IMG/VR virus record: IMGVR_UViG_3300049009_000456
Coordinates: 1 to 41,693 of that record
Source: a virus
Taxonomy: Duplodnaviria; Caudoviricetes
Strand: one strand, 5' to 3'
DNA length: 41,693 bases
Part shown: piece by piece, positions 1 to 7,646 of the stretch
How positions within the stretch are numbered: the first letter of the stretch is position 1
Layout of the letters: the number at the start of each line of letters is the position of its first letter
Notes under the pieces: model-generated
The model's input: only the letters and a program-made list of their open reading frames with translations
Told to the model about the DNA's origin: nothing
Databases searched by the model: none
Made by a program: the position numbers and the translations under genes

Positions 1-1
1 C

Positions 2-595
2 TACGTCAAGTTCGCGGGGGTGAAGACCCTGCGCGACGTCATCTACCGCTGGGCGCCTCCTCCGCCTGGTGGGGAGATCGTCGGTCCTGCGGGGTCGGCG
101 GTTGGTGGCGTGGACATGAACCACACGTCCAGTTACTTGCAGTCTGTGTGCCGCGAGACGGGCCTGCCCTCCGACTTCGACATGACCGCGATCATCCTTC
201 CCGACTCCTCGCCGTACTGGCGGGGCAAGCTGGCCTCGATCATCCGGGCCATGAACCGGGTCGAGGCAGGCAAGTCCACGATCACCTTCCAGGAGGCCGC
301 GGAGGGCGTCGACAAGGCGCTGGGCCTGCCCAAGGGCTACGTGCGGCAGGACGACGGCAACGTGATCCGCGAGGACATGAGCCAATCCAAGACGCTGAAG
401 ATCAACACCGAGGGCCAGATCGCGAACGTCGCGGCCACCGGGGTCAGCGCGGTCACGGCCCTGTCGGTCATCAGCGATTGGAAGATTGCGGCTATCGTGG
501 CCGGGATCATCGTGCTGGGCGGCATCGGCGTGGCGGGTTACTTCTGGATGTTGCGTAAGGACCGCAAGAAGATGAACGAGGACGGCATTGCCTAG
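2..595 (+). CDS. Putative endolysin, allele A, 5'-truncated by the window edge
   Basis: Open frame from base 2 (YVKFAGVKTLRDVIYRWAPP...), near-identical to 40354..41118. Confidence 0.75.
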   Translation, partial: YVKFAGVKTLRDVIYRWAPPPPGGEIVGPAGSAVGGVDMNHTSSYLQSVCRETGLPSDFDMTAIILPDSSPYWRGKLASIIRAMNRVEAGKSTITFQEAAEGVDKALGLPKGYVRQDDGNVIREDMSQSKTLKINTEGQIANVAATGVSAVTALSVISDWKIAAIVAGIIVLGGIGVAGYFWMLRKDRKKMNEDGIA

Positions 596-752
596 CAAGC
601 GCGAGATCATCCCCGACCTGGAGCGCTCGGACTTCGCGTTCATCGTTCCGGGCCTCGACGGGCTCACCCTGAAACTCCCCTACGCCAAGTGGGCCGAGTT
701 TCATGCGGCGCTGGGCGCAGAACTGGCCAAGCGCATGAGGCTGGAAACGTGA
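588..752 (+). CDS. 54-aa hypothetical protein in the lysis cassette (MPSKREIIPDLERSDFAF...RLET)
   Basis: GAGGA SD at 578-582, TTG start, TGA overlaps next GTG; differences from the copy at 41111..41275 are mostly synonymous in this frame; too short for the ORF track. Confidence 0.8.
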   Translation: MPSKREIIPDLERSDFAFIVPGLDGLTLKLPYAKWAEFHAALGAELAKRMRLET

Positions 753-1075
753 GGTGGCTGGTCGCCACCGCTCTGGTGCTGGGCCTGTCGATCGAGGCCA
801 GGGCGCACGACCAGTACAAAGACTGGAAGGCATGGGATGGCGGCTCATGCTGCTCCGAGCGGGTGGAGCACCCGAATGGCCATGTCACCGGGGACTGTCG
901 CCCGGTGCGTGCGGCGCAGGACATGGATGGCAACTGGATCGCCTACGAGCGCGGGAAGGAGTACCGCATCCCGCCGCGGGCCATTCGCCCGATCAAGTCC
1001 CCGGACGGGCGCAGCCATCTGTGCGAGATGGCGAACCATATCTTTTGCTTCGTTCCCGGTGAGGTGAGATCGTGA
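749..1075 (+). CDS. Secreted Cys-rich protein (signal peptide, mature N-terminus HDQY; SCC, DCRP, SPDGRSHLC, FCF)
   Basis: GTG start coupled to upstream stop; hydrophobic N-terminus ending ARA; absent from allele B. Confidence 0.8.
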   Translation: MRWLVATALVLGLSIEARAHDQYKDWKAWDGGSCCSERVEHPNGHVTGDCRPVRAAQDMDGNWIAYERGKEYRIPPRAIRPIKSPDGRSHLCEMANHIFCFVPGEVRS

Positions 1076-1320
1076 CCTGGTTCCTGCCCCTGTGGCCGAA
1101 GATAAAGCTTTGGGCGATCGGCGCGGGACTTGCGCTGGTCTTCGTCGGCATACTAATATGGAGGGTGTTCGACGCCGGGCGCAACGAGGAGAAGATCAAG
1201 CAGGTTGAAGCGCAGTTGACCAACATTCGCCGGGCGGCGCAGGCCCGCGCGCAAGCAAGAGGGAAGCCGATTGATGCTGAAGTGGATGAATTTAATAGGG
1301 ACCGCTGGGGCCCTCGCTAG
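1072..1320 (+). CDS. Rz-like i-spanin
   Basis: N-terminal TM helix then coiled coil; overlaps a lipoprotein gene. Confidence 0.75.
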   Translation: MTWFLPLWPKIKLWAIGAGLALVFVGILIWRVFDAGRNEEKIKQVEAQLTNIRRAAQARAQARGKPIDAEVDEFNRDRWGPR

Positions 1321-1456
1321 CTGCACCCCGCGACCCGTCGACACGTTCTGCACCAGCTACATTCCTGTCAACTACTCCGCGGCCAGGGACACGCCCGAGA
1401 CGGTGCGTCAGGTGCAGGAGAATAACGCGGTGTGGCGGTCCCTCTGCCGATCTTAA
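1274..1456 (+). CDS. Rz1-like o-spanin lipoprotein
   Basis: Lipobox LAS-C; small Pro/Cys mature part; partly overlaps the i-spanin gene. Confidence 0.75.
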   Translation: MLKWMNLIGTAGALASCTPRPVDTFCTSYIPVNYSAARDTPETVRQVQENNAVWRSLCRS

Positions 1457-1926
1457 CCTGCGGCCATGACGCGGCCCAAGCTATAACCAAGGGCGTGAAT
1501 GCGGGTGCGTGTAAAATATGTATTCACCGGCAACGTGCGTCTGCCTACTATCGAAACAACCCGGAAAAAGTTAGCGCGTACTGGAAAAGGAAACGGGAGA
1601 GCGGGCATGACTGGCGGCGGTTAAATGTGGAAAAAGCACTGTTTAATGGTGCTAAGCAACGTGCTAAAATTAAGGGGCATGAGTTCTCCATAACAGTAGA
1701 TGACATTGTAATACCGGAGACGTGCCCGGTTCTTGGGATTAAATTGCAGCTCGGTGGGGGCAGAACAATAGGTGCAAGCCCCACCATCGATCGAGTTAAC
1801 AACGCCTTCGGCTATGTGAAAGGAAATATTGTGGTTATGAGCTGGCGGGCAAACCGGATTAAGTCTGACGCGACGCCGGAAGAGATAGAGGCGTTGGCCA
1901 AGTGGGTGAAGTCCCTATGCAAGTAG
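1432..1926 (+). CDS. Free-standing HNH-type endonuclease
   Basis: CPVLG...SPTIDRVNNAFGYVKGNIVVMSWRANRIK; lower GC than flanks; paralogous to 30539..30991. Confidence 0.85.
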   Translation: MAVPLPILTCGHDAAQAITKGVNAGACKICIHRQRASAYYRNNPEKVSAYWKRKRESGHDWRRLNVEKALFNGAKQRAKIKGHEFSITVDDIVIPETCPVLGIKLQLGGGRTIGASPTIDRVNNAFGYVKGNIVVMSWRANRIKSDATPEEIEALAKWVKSLCK

Positions 1927-3083
1927 AGCTTCCCGCGCACAGTAAATTAGGAGCTTCCGGAAGTCACCGCTGGTTCCATTGCCCCGGCAGCGTGAAGCTG
2001 ATCGAGGCCATGGGCGACGCGCCCAAGAAGTCCAGCTCTTACGCCGACGACGGCACGCTGGCGCACGACATCGCGGCACGCTGCCTGAAGTCGGGCGAGG
2101 ACGCCGTGGTCTATCTCGGTGAGGCGGACTTCGCCACCGAGGCCGAGTTCAAGGAGGAAGATGCTGTCGCGGTGCAGATATACTTGGACCATATTCGCGG
2201 CAAGATAGACGATCTTGGTCTGCGCGGAAACAAACTGGGGTCGCGGGTCTTGGTGGAGGAGCGCTTCCACCTGGCCGAGGTGCATCCCGACTTCTTCGGG
2301 ACCACCGACTGCACCCTGATTGGGGACAAGCAGGCGGTTGTGGCCGATTATAAACACGGCGCCGGTATCATGGTATCCGCCGAGAAGAACACCCAGCTTA
2401 TGCAGTACGCCGTGGGCGCGCTGTACGGAACGGAGGCATGGCAGGATGACGACTTCCCCGTCGAGATCAACATATGCCAGCCGCGAGTATACGGGGTGGA
2501 GCCTGTTAGATCGTGGTGGACAAGCGTGGGCGCGCTCAAGACATGGCTGCGTGACGATTGGCTTGCCGCCGCAAGAAGGACAGAACAGTCGGCTCCATTT
2601 CTACAGCCAGGTTCGTGGTGCAACTCCACCTTCTGCCCCAAACGACTGACCTGCCCCGCGATCAAGGAACTGCGGGCGCGCGTCCTGACCTACACACCGG
2701 AGATCATCAAGGCCATGGAAGACTGGGAACTGGGCCTCGCGGCCACCGAGACGAACATCGTGAAGGGCCTGGCCAAGGTCTTCGACGAGGAAATCTTCAC
2801 CCGCCTGCGCGCCGGTAAGCAGGTCAGCGGTTGGAAGATGGTGGCCAAGAAGGCCGACCGTGTGTTCAAGGATGACGCCCCGCTCGACGAGACGTTCGGT
2901 GACGCCGCCTACGAGAAGAAGCGCAAGACGCCGCCCGCGATCGAGAAGCTGCCCGAAGGCAAGAAGTTCGTGGCCCAGTGGGCGTACAAGCCCGACACCG
3001 GCATGACCGTGGCCCCGGACACCGACGCTCGATCGGGGCAGGCGGTGCGAAACCGTGACGAAGTTTTCAAAGGGGTGTTGTAA
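1917..3083 (+). CDS. Cas4-like PD-(D/E)XK exonuclease (DUF2800 type)
   Basis: HSKLGASGSHRWFHCPGS, GTLAH, FGTTD, DYKHGAG, QLMQYA, WC..FCP..TC. Confidence 0.9.
   Translation: MQVELPAHSKLGASGSHRWFHCPGSVKLIEAMGDAPKKSSSYADDGTLAHDIAARCLKSGEDAVVYLGEADFATEAEFKEEDAVAVQIYLDHIRGKIDDLGLRGNKLGSRVLVEERFHLAEVHPDFFGTTDCTLIGDKQAVVADYKHGAGIMVSAEKNTQLMQYAVGALYGTEAWQDDDFPVEINICQPRVYGVEPVRSWWTSVGALKTWLRDDWLAAARRTEQSAPFLQPGSWCNSTFCPKRLTCPAIKELRARVLTYTPEIIKAMEDWELGLAATETNIVKGLAKVFDEEIFTRLRAGKQVSGWKMVAKKADRVFKDDAPLDETFGDAAYEKKRKTPPAIEKLPEGKKFVAQWAYKPDTGMTVAPDTDARSGQAVRNRDEVFKGVL
2446..2649 (+). CDS. Candidate overprinted 67-aa ORF (+1 frame) in the nuclease gene
   Basis: GGAGG at 2432-2436, ATG 2446; host codons shift to ATA/CGA/GTA/AGA/ACA/CCA over this span. 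Confidence 0.45.
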   Translation: MTTSPSRSTYASREYTGWSLLDRGGQAWARSRHGCVTIGLPPQEGQNSRLHFYSQVRGATPPSAPND

Positions 3084-3106
3084 GCGTAAGCGTAGCGTGG
3101 CATAAT
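3078..3106 (+). promoter_or_regulatory. sigma70-like promoter for SSB
   Basis: TTGTAA-N17-CATAAT with extended TG. Confidence 0.6.
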
Positions 3107-3145
3107 AGTTGGGTTAAATGATAACACTTTGAAAGGTAATTGCAG

Positions 3146-3799
3146 ATGGCGAAAGTTACTCCCTCCCTCGTTGTGATTGGTCCGGCCACCCTGGTGCTGT
3201 ACCATCCGGTTCTCACCAAGACCAAGTTCGACAGCAAGACCCGCAAGTCCGTCGTGGATGACGTGAACGGTAGCTACAACGCTACCTTTTTGATCCCGCA
3301 GTCGGACACGGTCACGGTCGAGGCGGTCAAGGCGGCCTATGTCAAGGCAGCGAAGGAGACAAACTCCAGCGTGGATTTCAAGGACTGGAGCAAGAAGTTC
3401 ACCCTCGGTGAGAAGGTGATCGAGAAGGCGATGAAGAAGAACCCCGACAAGTCCGCCGATCGCATGGCGTACATGAAGGGCATGTGGGTTCTGGAGGCCA
3501 AGTCCAAGTTCGCTCCCGACCTGTCGAAGGCGGTGGGCGGCAAGGCGGTCGAGGTGCCCTCGGAGACGGCAGACCGGGAATTCTACTCGGGATGCCTGTG
3601 CAAGGCGGAGCTGAACCTTGTCGGCAGTCAGATCGACAGCGGCGAGATCACGAACCGCTACCTGACCGCCTACGTCAACTTCATCGTGAAGGTTGGCGAA
3701 GGCGATCGTCTGGGCCGCAAGAGCCGCGACGATGTGTTCAAGGGCGTCCTCGGCGGCTCATCCGCCCAGGACCCGACGTCGGGTGACGAAGACTTCTAG
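3146..3799 (+). CDS. Single-stranded DNA-binding protein (DUF2815/gp2.5-like)
   Basis: YNATFLIP, EFYSGC, acidic tail ending DEDF; lies between DUF2800 and polA. Confidence 0.85.
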   Translation: MAKVTPSLVVIGPATLVLYHPVLTKTKFDSKTRKSVVDDVNGSYNATFLIPQSDTVTVEAVKAAYVKAAKETNSSVDFKDWSKKFTLGEKVIEKAMKKNPDKSADRMAYMKGMWVLEAKSKFAPDLSKAVGGKAVEVPSETADREFYSGCLCKAELNLVGSQIDSGEITNRYLTAYVNFIVKVGEGDRLGRKSRDDVFKGVLGGSSAQDPTSGDEDF

Positions 3800-3858
3800 G
3801 CCATGTGAGACGCACTCGCCTACGGGTCCAACTAATCGAGGGACTAGTATAGCCCCAC

Positions 3859-3885
3859 GCCCGGTGAAAGTCCGGGCATCTTTTT
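3859..3885 (+). terminator. Intrinsic terminator after SSB
   Basis: GCCCGG-TGAAAGT-CCGGGC then ATCTTTTT. Confidence 0.65.
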
Positions 3886-3926
3886 ATGCCGGATAGCGCA
3901 TACCACCATTTTATGCGGGAAATTGA

Positions 3927-4538
3927 ATGAAAGTTCTTGTGGGCTGTGAGGAGAGCGGCAAGGTGCGTGACGCTTTCCTGCGGCGCGGCCACGATGCCTG
4001 GTCCAATGACCTGATCGCGGCCCGTAACGGCGGCCCGCACCTTCAGATGGACGTCATGCAGGCGCTCGACGAGCAGGAGTGGGACCTCACCATCCTCCAC
4101 CCGGATTGCACGTCCATGGCCGTGAGCGGCAACCGCTACTACGGGATTGGCAAGCCGGATCACTGGCAGCGCGAGGCGCAGGTACAGTGGACCGTGACGT
4201 TGTGGGAGAAGGCCAAGCGCATAGCGAAGAAGGGCGTGGTGCTGGAGAACCCGGCTAGCGTTATCTTCCCGGTGCTGCGGGCGCAGGGCGCGGTGATCCA
4301 GTATATCCACCCTTGGCAGCACGGCCATCTGGAGCAGAAGAAGAAGACCGGCCTCGCGCTGGATCGCCTGCCACTTCTGAAGGAAACCAACAACGTCTAT
4401 GAGGAAATGATAAAGCTGCCTTCGAAGGAACGCGAGCGCATCTGGAACATGTCTCCGGGAGAGAACCGCAAGCGCGATCGCAGCGAGACGTTCGACGGGA
4501 TAGCGGCGGCGCTGGCCGAGCAGTACGGTTCGCTCTAG
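3927..4538 (+). CDS. Short C5-cytosine methyltransferase-like protein
   Basis: VLVGCEESG (motif I-like), HPDCT (catalytic Cys), LENP (motif VI), RSETFDGIAAALAEQY. Confidence 0.75.
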   Translation: MKVLVGCEESGKVRDAFLRRGHDAWSNDLIAARNGGPHLQMDVMQALDEQEWDLTILHPDCTSMAVSGNRYYGIGKPDHWQREAQVQWTVTLWEKAKRIAKKGVVLENPASVIFPVLRAQGAVIQYIHPWQHGHLEQKKKTGLALDRLPLLKETNNVYEEMIKLPSKERERIWNMSPGENRKRDRSETFDGIAAALAEQYGSL

Positions 4539-6553
4539 TGCATATCACGATCGACTTCGAAAGCTACTCCGAGGCCGACCTGAAGAAGACGGGGGCCTAT
4601 AGGTATTCGGAGCATCCCAGCACCGAAGTCCTGTGCGTGGCCTATGCCTTCAACGACGAGAAGCCGCGCCTGTGGCACCTTGGTATCGAGGGCGAGGAGT
4701 TCGGCCCGCAGTATCTATTTATGGCGCTTAACGCGGGAGCCCCGATCGTCGATGCCCATAATGTCGGCTTTGAGCGCGCGATATGGGAGAATGTCTGCGT
4801 TAAGCGCATGGGCTGGCCCGAGATCGAGGCCCACCAGTTTGACTGTACAATGGCCCGCGCGGCCAGTCGGGCGCTGCCTCTCGGGCTGGAGCAGTGTGCC
4901 AGCGCACTCGGGCTGGACGTGCGTAAGGACAAGCGCGGCAAGCAGTTGATCCAGCTTCTCTGCAAGCCGCAGAAGCCCAAGAAGAAAGACCCGCGCACCC
5001 GCATCCAGGACCCGGAGCTGCTGGCCGAGCTGTACGATTACTGCCTTCAGGACGTGAGGGTGGAGCAGCGTATCCGCCGCGAGCTGGGCGCCCTGCCTGC
5101 CCCCGAGCGGGGCGTGTTCCTGCTGAACGAAAAGATGAACTCCCGCGGTATCACGATCGACGTCGAGAGCGTCCACAACGCCATCGCGGTCGTGAGCCAG
5201 GTGGAGAAAGAGCTTACCGCGGAGCTGGTTGATATCACGGGCGGCAGGATACGCACGGCCAATCAGGTGGCCGAGATACTGGACTTCGTACAATGGAAAG
5301 TTGATGGAGGGCTGGATGATCTCACGGCAGACACCGTCGCAGCGGCGATCCCTCGCGCGGAAAAAGGCAGCGTCGAAAGGCGGGTCCTTGAGATACGGCA
5401 TTCCCTGGCCAAGGCCAGCACAAAGAAGCTGTCTGGACTGCTTGCGGCTGTGTGCGTGGATGGCCGTGTACGTGGTCTTAGCCAGTATCATGGTGCTTTT
5501 ACTGGACGCAACGCCGGTCGGCTAGTGCAGCCGCTCAACCTGCCCCGCCCTGTACTAGGCGCGGACCCGGAGGGCCTTGTCGAGGCCATCGCCTTGCGCG
5601 ATCCCGACTGGCTGCGTATGCTGTACGGCGACCCTATGCAGTGCGTGGCCGACGCGCTGCGTTCCATGTTCGTGGCGGGGGAGGGCAAGAACCTCTGCGC
5701 CGTGGACCTGGCCTCGATCGAGAGTGTGGGTATTGCGGCCATTGCAGGCGAGGAGATTAAACTTGATCTATTCAGGCGTGGCGATGATCCTTATTGCGCT
5801 TTTGCTAGTGATGTGTTTGGGCGTCCTATTACAAAGGCCAACGACCCCCGAGAGCGGCAGGAAGTGGGAAAAGTTGGAGAGCTGGCTTTTGGGTTTGGCG
5901 GCGGGGTTGGCGCTTGGCGTAATTTTGATGACAGTGACAAGTTCGATGACGATGAGGTGAACGCATTCAAGAATGTGTGGCGGCGCAAGCACCCCCACAT
6001 CGCCCGCCCGCCGTGGGACCAGGCGGTGAAGGACGGCGAGGCCGGGGTGGGCCTGTGGTATGGCCTCCAGGACGCGGCGCACGAGGCGGTGCTGCATCCT
6101 GGCAGGCAGGTAGAGGCGTTCGGTGTGAAGTACCAGGTGAGGGGGCGCTGGCTGGTCTGCACCCTGCCTTCATCCCGCAACATCGTCTACTACGATCCCC
6201 GCCTCCAGGAGAAGATCAACCCCCACACGGACAAGACCGAAGTGGTGCTGACCTACATGAGCCAGAAGAACGGCCACTGGGCGAGGATCGATACGTGGGG
6301 CGGGAAGCTGGCGCAGGGCGTGACGCAGGCTACGTGCCGCGATATCCTGGTGCACGGCCAGCGTAGGTGCGACGGGGAGATGCCTGTGCTTATGACCGTC
6401 TATGACGAGATCGTCACCGAGGTGGATGAAGGCTTGGGAACGGAAATTCCGGTTACAAGGCTCCTAGATTACATGACCGGGGAGCTTCCTGCATGGTGCG
6501 CTCACTGGCCAGTTAAAGCAGAGGGATGGTGTGGAAAACGCTATCGTAAGTGA
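4538..6553 (+). CDS. polA: Family A DNA polymerase with 3'-5' exonuclease (SPO2/APSE type)
   Basis: Exo motifs IDFES, AHNVGFER, YCLQDV; motif A DLASIE; motif B R..K...LAFGFG; motif C VYDE. Confidence 0.95.
   Translation: MHITIDFESYSEADLKKTGAYRYSEHPSTEVLCVAYAFNDEKPRLWHLGIEGEEFGPQYLFMALNAGAPIVDAHNVGFERAIWENVCVKRMGWPEIEAHQFDCTMARAASRALPLGLEQCASALGLDVRKDKRGKQLIQLLCKPQKPKKKDPRTRIQDPELLAELYDYCLQDVRVEQRIRRELGALPAPERGVFLLNEKMNSRGITIDVESVHNAIAVVSQVEKELTAELVDITGGRIRTANQVAEILDFVQWKVDGGLDDLTADTVAAAIPRAEKGSVERRVLEIRHSLAKASTKKLSGLLAAVCVDGRVRGLSQYHGAFTGRNAGRLVQPLNLPRPVLGADPEGLVEAIALRDPDWLRMLYGDPMQCVADALRSMFVAGEGKNLCAVDLASIESVGIAAIAGEEIKLDLFRRGDDPYCAFASDVFGRPITKANDPRERQEVGKVGELAFGFGGGVGAWRNFDDSDKFDDDEVNAFKNVWRRKHPHIARPPWDQAVKDGEAGVGLWYGLQDAAHEAVLHPGRQVEAFGVKYQVRGRWLVCTLPSSRNIVYYDPRLQEKINPHTDKTEVVLTYMSQKNGHWARIDTWGGKLAQGVTQATCRDILVHGQRRCDGEMPVLMTVYDEIVTEVDEGLGTEIPVTRLLDYMTGELPAWCAHWPVKAEGWCGKRYRK
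5316..5525 (+). CDS. Candidate overprinted 69-aa protein, basic N-terminus plus one C-terminal TM (+1 frame in polA)
   Basis: GGAGG at 5306-5310, ATG 5316; LCAWMAVYVVLASIMVLLL; codon-anomaly patch ends at the TAG. Confidence 0.55.
   Translation: MISRQTPSQRRSLARKKAASKGGSLRYGIPWPRPAQRSCLDCLRLCAWMAVYVVLASIMVLLLDATPVG
5763..5960 (+). CDS. Candidate overprinted 65-aa two-TM protein (+1 frame in polA)
   Basis: GAGGAG at 5750-5755, TTG 7 nt later; two hydrophobic helices joined by a charged loop; coincides with a T-ending codon patch. Confidence 0.6.
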   Translation: MIYSGVAMILIALLLVMCLGVLLQRPTTPESGRKWEKLESWLLGLAAGLALGVILMTVTSSMTMR

Positions 6554-7010
6554 CCGAAAGCGCCAGTGGCGGCTGCGTAATCCGGATAAGGTAAAGGAAA
6601 GCTCCCGCCGCGCCCGAGAAAAAGGTAAAGCGCAAAGAAAAGAATACATGCGCTTGTACTATCTAGCCAATAAAGAAAGGGTACGAAAGGTAGCGAAAGC
6701 CTGGAGATCAGGCAACCCCAATAAAGCTGCTCTTTCTCGTCTGCAATGGCGGCAGAATAACCCCGGCCACGCCGGGTATCTCGTAGCCAAGAGACGGGCG
6801 CTCAAGAAAAACGCTACCCCTAAATGGCTGACAGCCGAGCAAAAACAGGAAATAAAATCGTTGTACCGACGCGCGAAGTTAGAAGGGAAACAGGTGGATC
6901 ATATTGTTCCTTTGTCCCACAAGCGGGTATGTGGTCTGCATGTTCCGTGGAATTTACAACTTCTAACTAAAGCCGCCAACACTAAGAAAGGAAACAAGCT
7001 GCTGTATTAA
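6531..7010 (+). CDS. HNH homing endonuclease
   Basis: ATPKWLT, VDHIVPL...VCGLHVPWNLQLLTKAANTKKGN; AT-rich; GAGGGA SD. Confidence 0.9.
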   Translation: MENAIVSDRKRQWRLRNPDKVKESSRRAREKGKAQRKEYMRLYYLANKERVRKVAKAWRSGNPNKAALSRLQWRQNNPGHAGYLVAKRRALKKNATPKWLTAEQKQEIKSLYRRAKLEGKQVDHIVPLSHKRVCGLHVPWNLQLLTKAANTKKGNKLLY

Positions 7011-7011
7011 A

Positions 7012-7131
7012 CTAGGTGTTGATCTCCCGGTCGAGCGCCTGCTAAACTACATGACCGCCGATCTTCCGGCATGGTGCGCGCATTGGCCTGTCAAGGCGGA
7101 AGGCTGGTGCGGCAAACGGTACAGGAAATAG
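7012..7131 (+). pseudogene. Displaced original 3' end of polA (39 codons plus TAG)
   Basis: LGVDLPVERLLNYMTADLPAWCAHWPVKAEGWCGKRYRK*, 32/39 identical to polA 6434..6553; stop abuts the ATG at 7132. Confidence 0.95.
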
Positions 7132-7455
7132 ATGGGCAAACTGTCGCGCGACAAGGGCAAGGTGGGGGAACGCGAAGTGGCCGCGCTCCTCCGCGAACAT
7201 GGCTTTGAAGGTAAGAGGGGGGTGCAGTATCAGGGCGGCCACGACAGCGCCGACGTCACCGGCCTGCCGGGCTTTCATATCGAGGTCAAGCGCACGGAGA
7301 AGTTCGCCCTTGAGGCGGCCTTGGCGCAGGCTCGATCGGACTGCGGCGCCAATACTCCGGTGGTGTTCCACCGCAAAAGCAAGAACGACTGGGTCGTCGT
7401 CATGGATGCAGAGAGTTTCCTGAAACTGGTGACAGAGCGGGAGGAGACGTTCTAA
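7132..7455 (+). CDS. PD-(D/E)XK Holliday junction resolvase-like nuclease
   Basis: SRDKGKVGEREV, AD, IEVKR, PVVFHR. Confidence 0.85.
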   Translation: MGKLSRDKGKVGEREVAALLREHGFEGKRGVQYQGGHDSADVTGLPGFHIEVKRTEKFALEAALAQARSDCGANTPVVFHRKSKNDWVVVMDAESFLKLVTEREETF

Positions 7456-7646
7456 TGGCCAAGCTGGATGGGGTCAGCAAAGAGCTGTATCCGGGGGAAG
7501 CGGAGGGTGTGCTTCGGGGAATAGAGCGCCGCCGCAAGGCCGCCGAGCGCACGAACTTCCGCATATCCAACGAGCGGCTGGTCGAGCGCAAGGTGGCCTC
7601 GGGCTACAAGATCGTGTACAAGAACATCGGAGGGTTCCGAGCTTGA
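7455..7646 (+). CDS. Hypothetical basic protein, 63 aa
   Basis: TAATG coupling, GGAGGAG SD, normal codon usage. Confidence 0.75.
   Translation: MAKLDGVSKELYPGEAEGVLRGIERRRKAAERTNFRISNERLVERKVASGYKIVYKNIGGFRA

Larger units (their letters stand above)
1..1493. repeat. Diverged duplicate of 40524..41693 (lysis cassette allele A)
   Basis: Aligns with offset 40523 up to ~750, then offset 40200 after a 323-bp indel; many substitutions; 1367..1493 is identical to 41567..41693 (127 bp). Confidence 0.97.

Noticed and set aside
1-1493. True direct terminal repeat
   Set aside because: The copies are diverged, differ by a whole gene, start mid-gene and share exactly 127 bp, which fits an assembly lasso better.
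1917-3083. Cas4-like gene as evidence of a CRISPR system
   Set aside because: No repeat-spacer array or other cas genes; this family is a standard part of the DUF2800-DUF2815-PolA module.
4644-4949. +1 ORF in the polA exonuclease domain
   Set aside because: Only a mild codon anomaly, Ser/Arg-rich off-frame composition and no well-placed SD; not supported enough to call.
6434-7131. Group I intron in polA
   Set aside because: The insert is fully occupied by the replacement C-terminus and the HNH ORF, leaving no room for a ribozyme core; polA is complete without splicing.
7195-7210. 16-mer GAACATGGCTTTGAAG shared with the primase gene, and +1 ORF 7199..7423
   Set aside because: Both sites encode EHGFE; about one such match is expected by chance in 40 kb; no SD before 7199.
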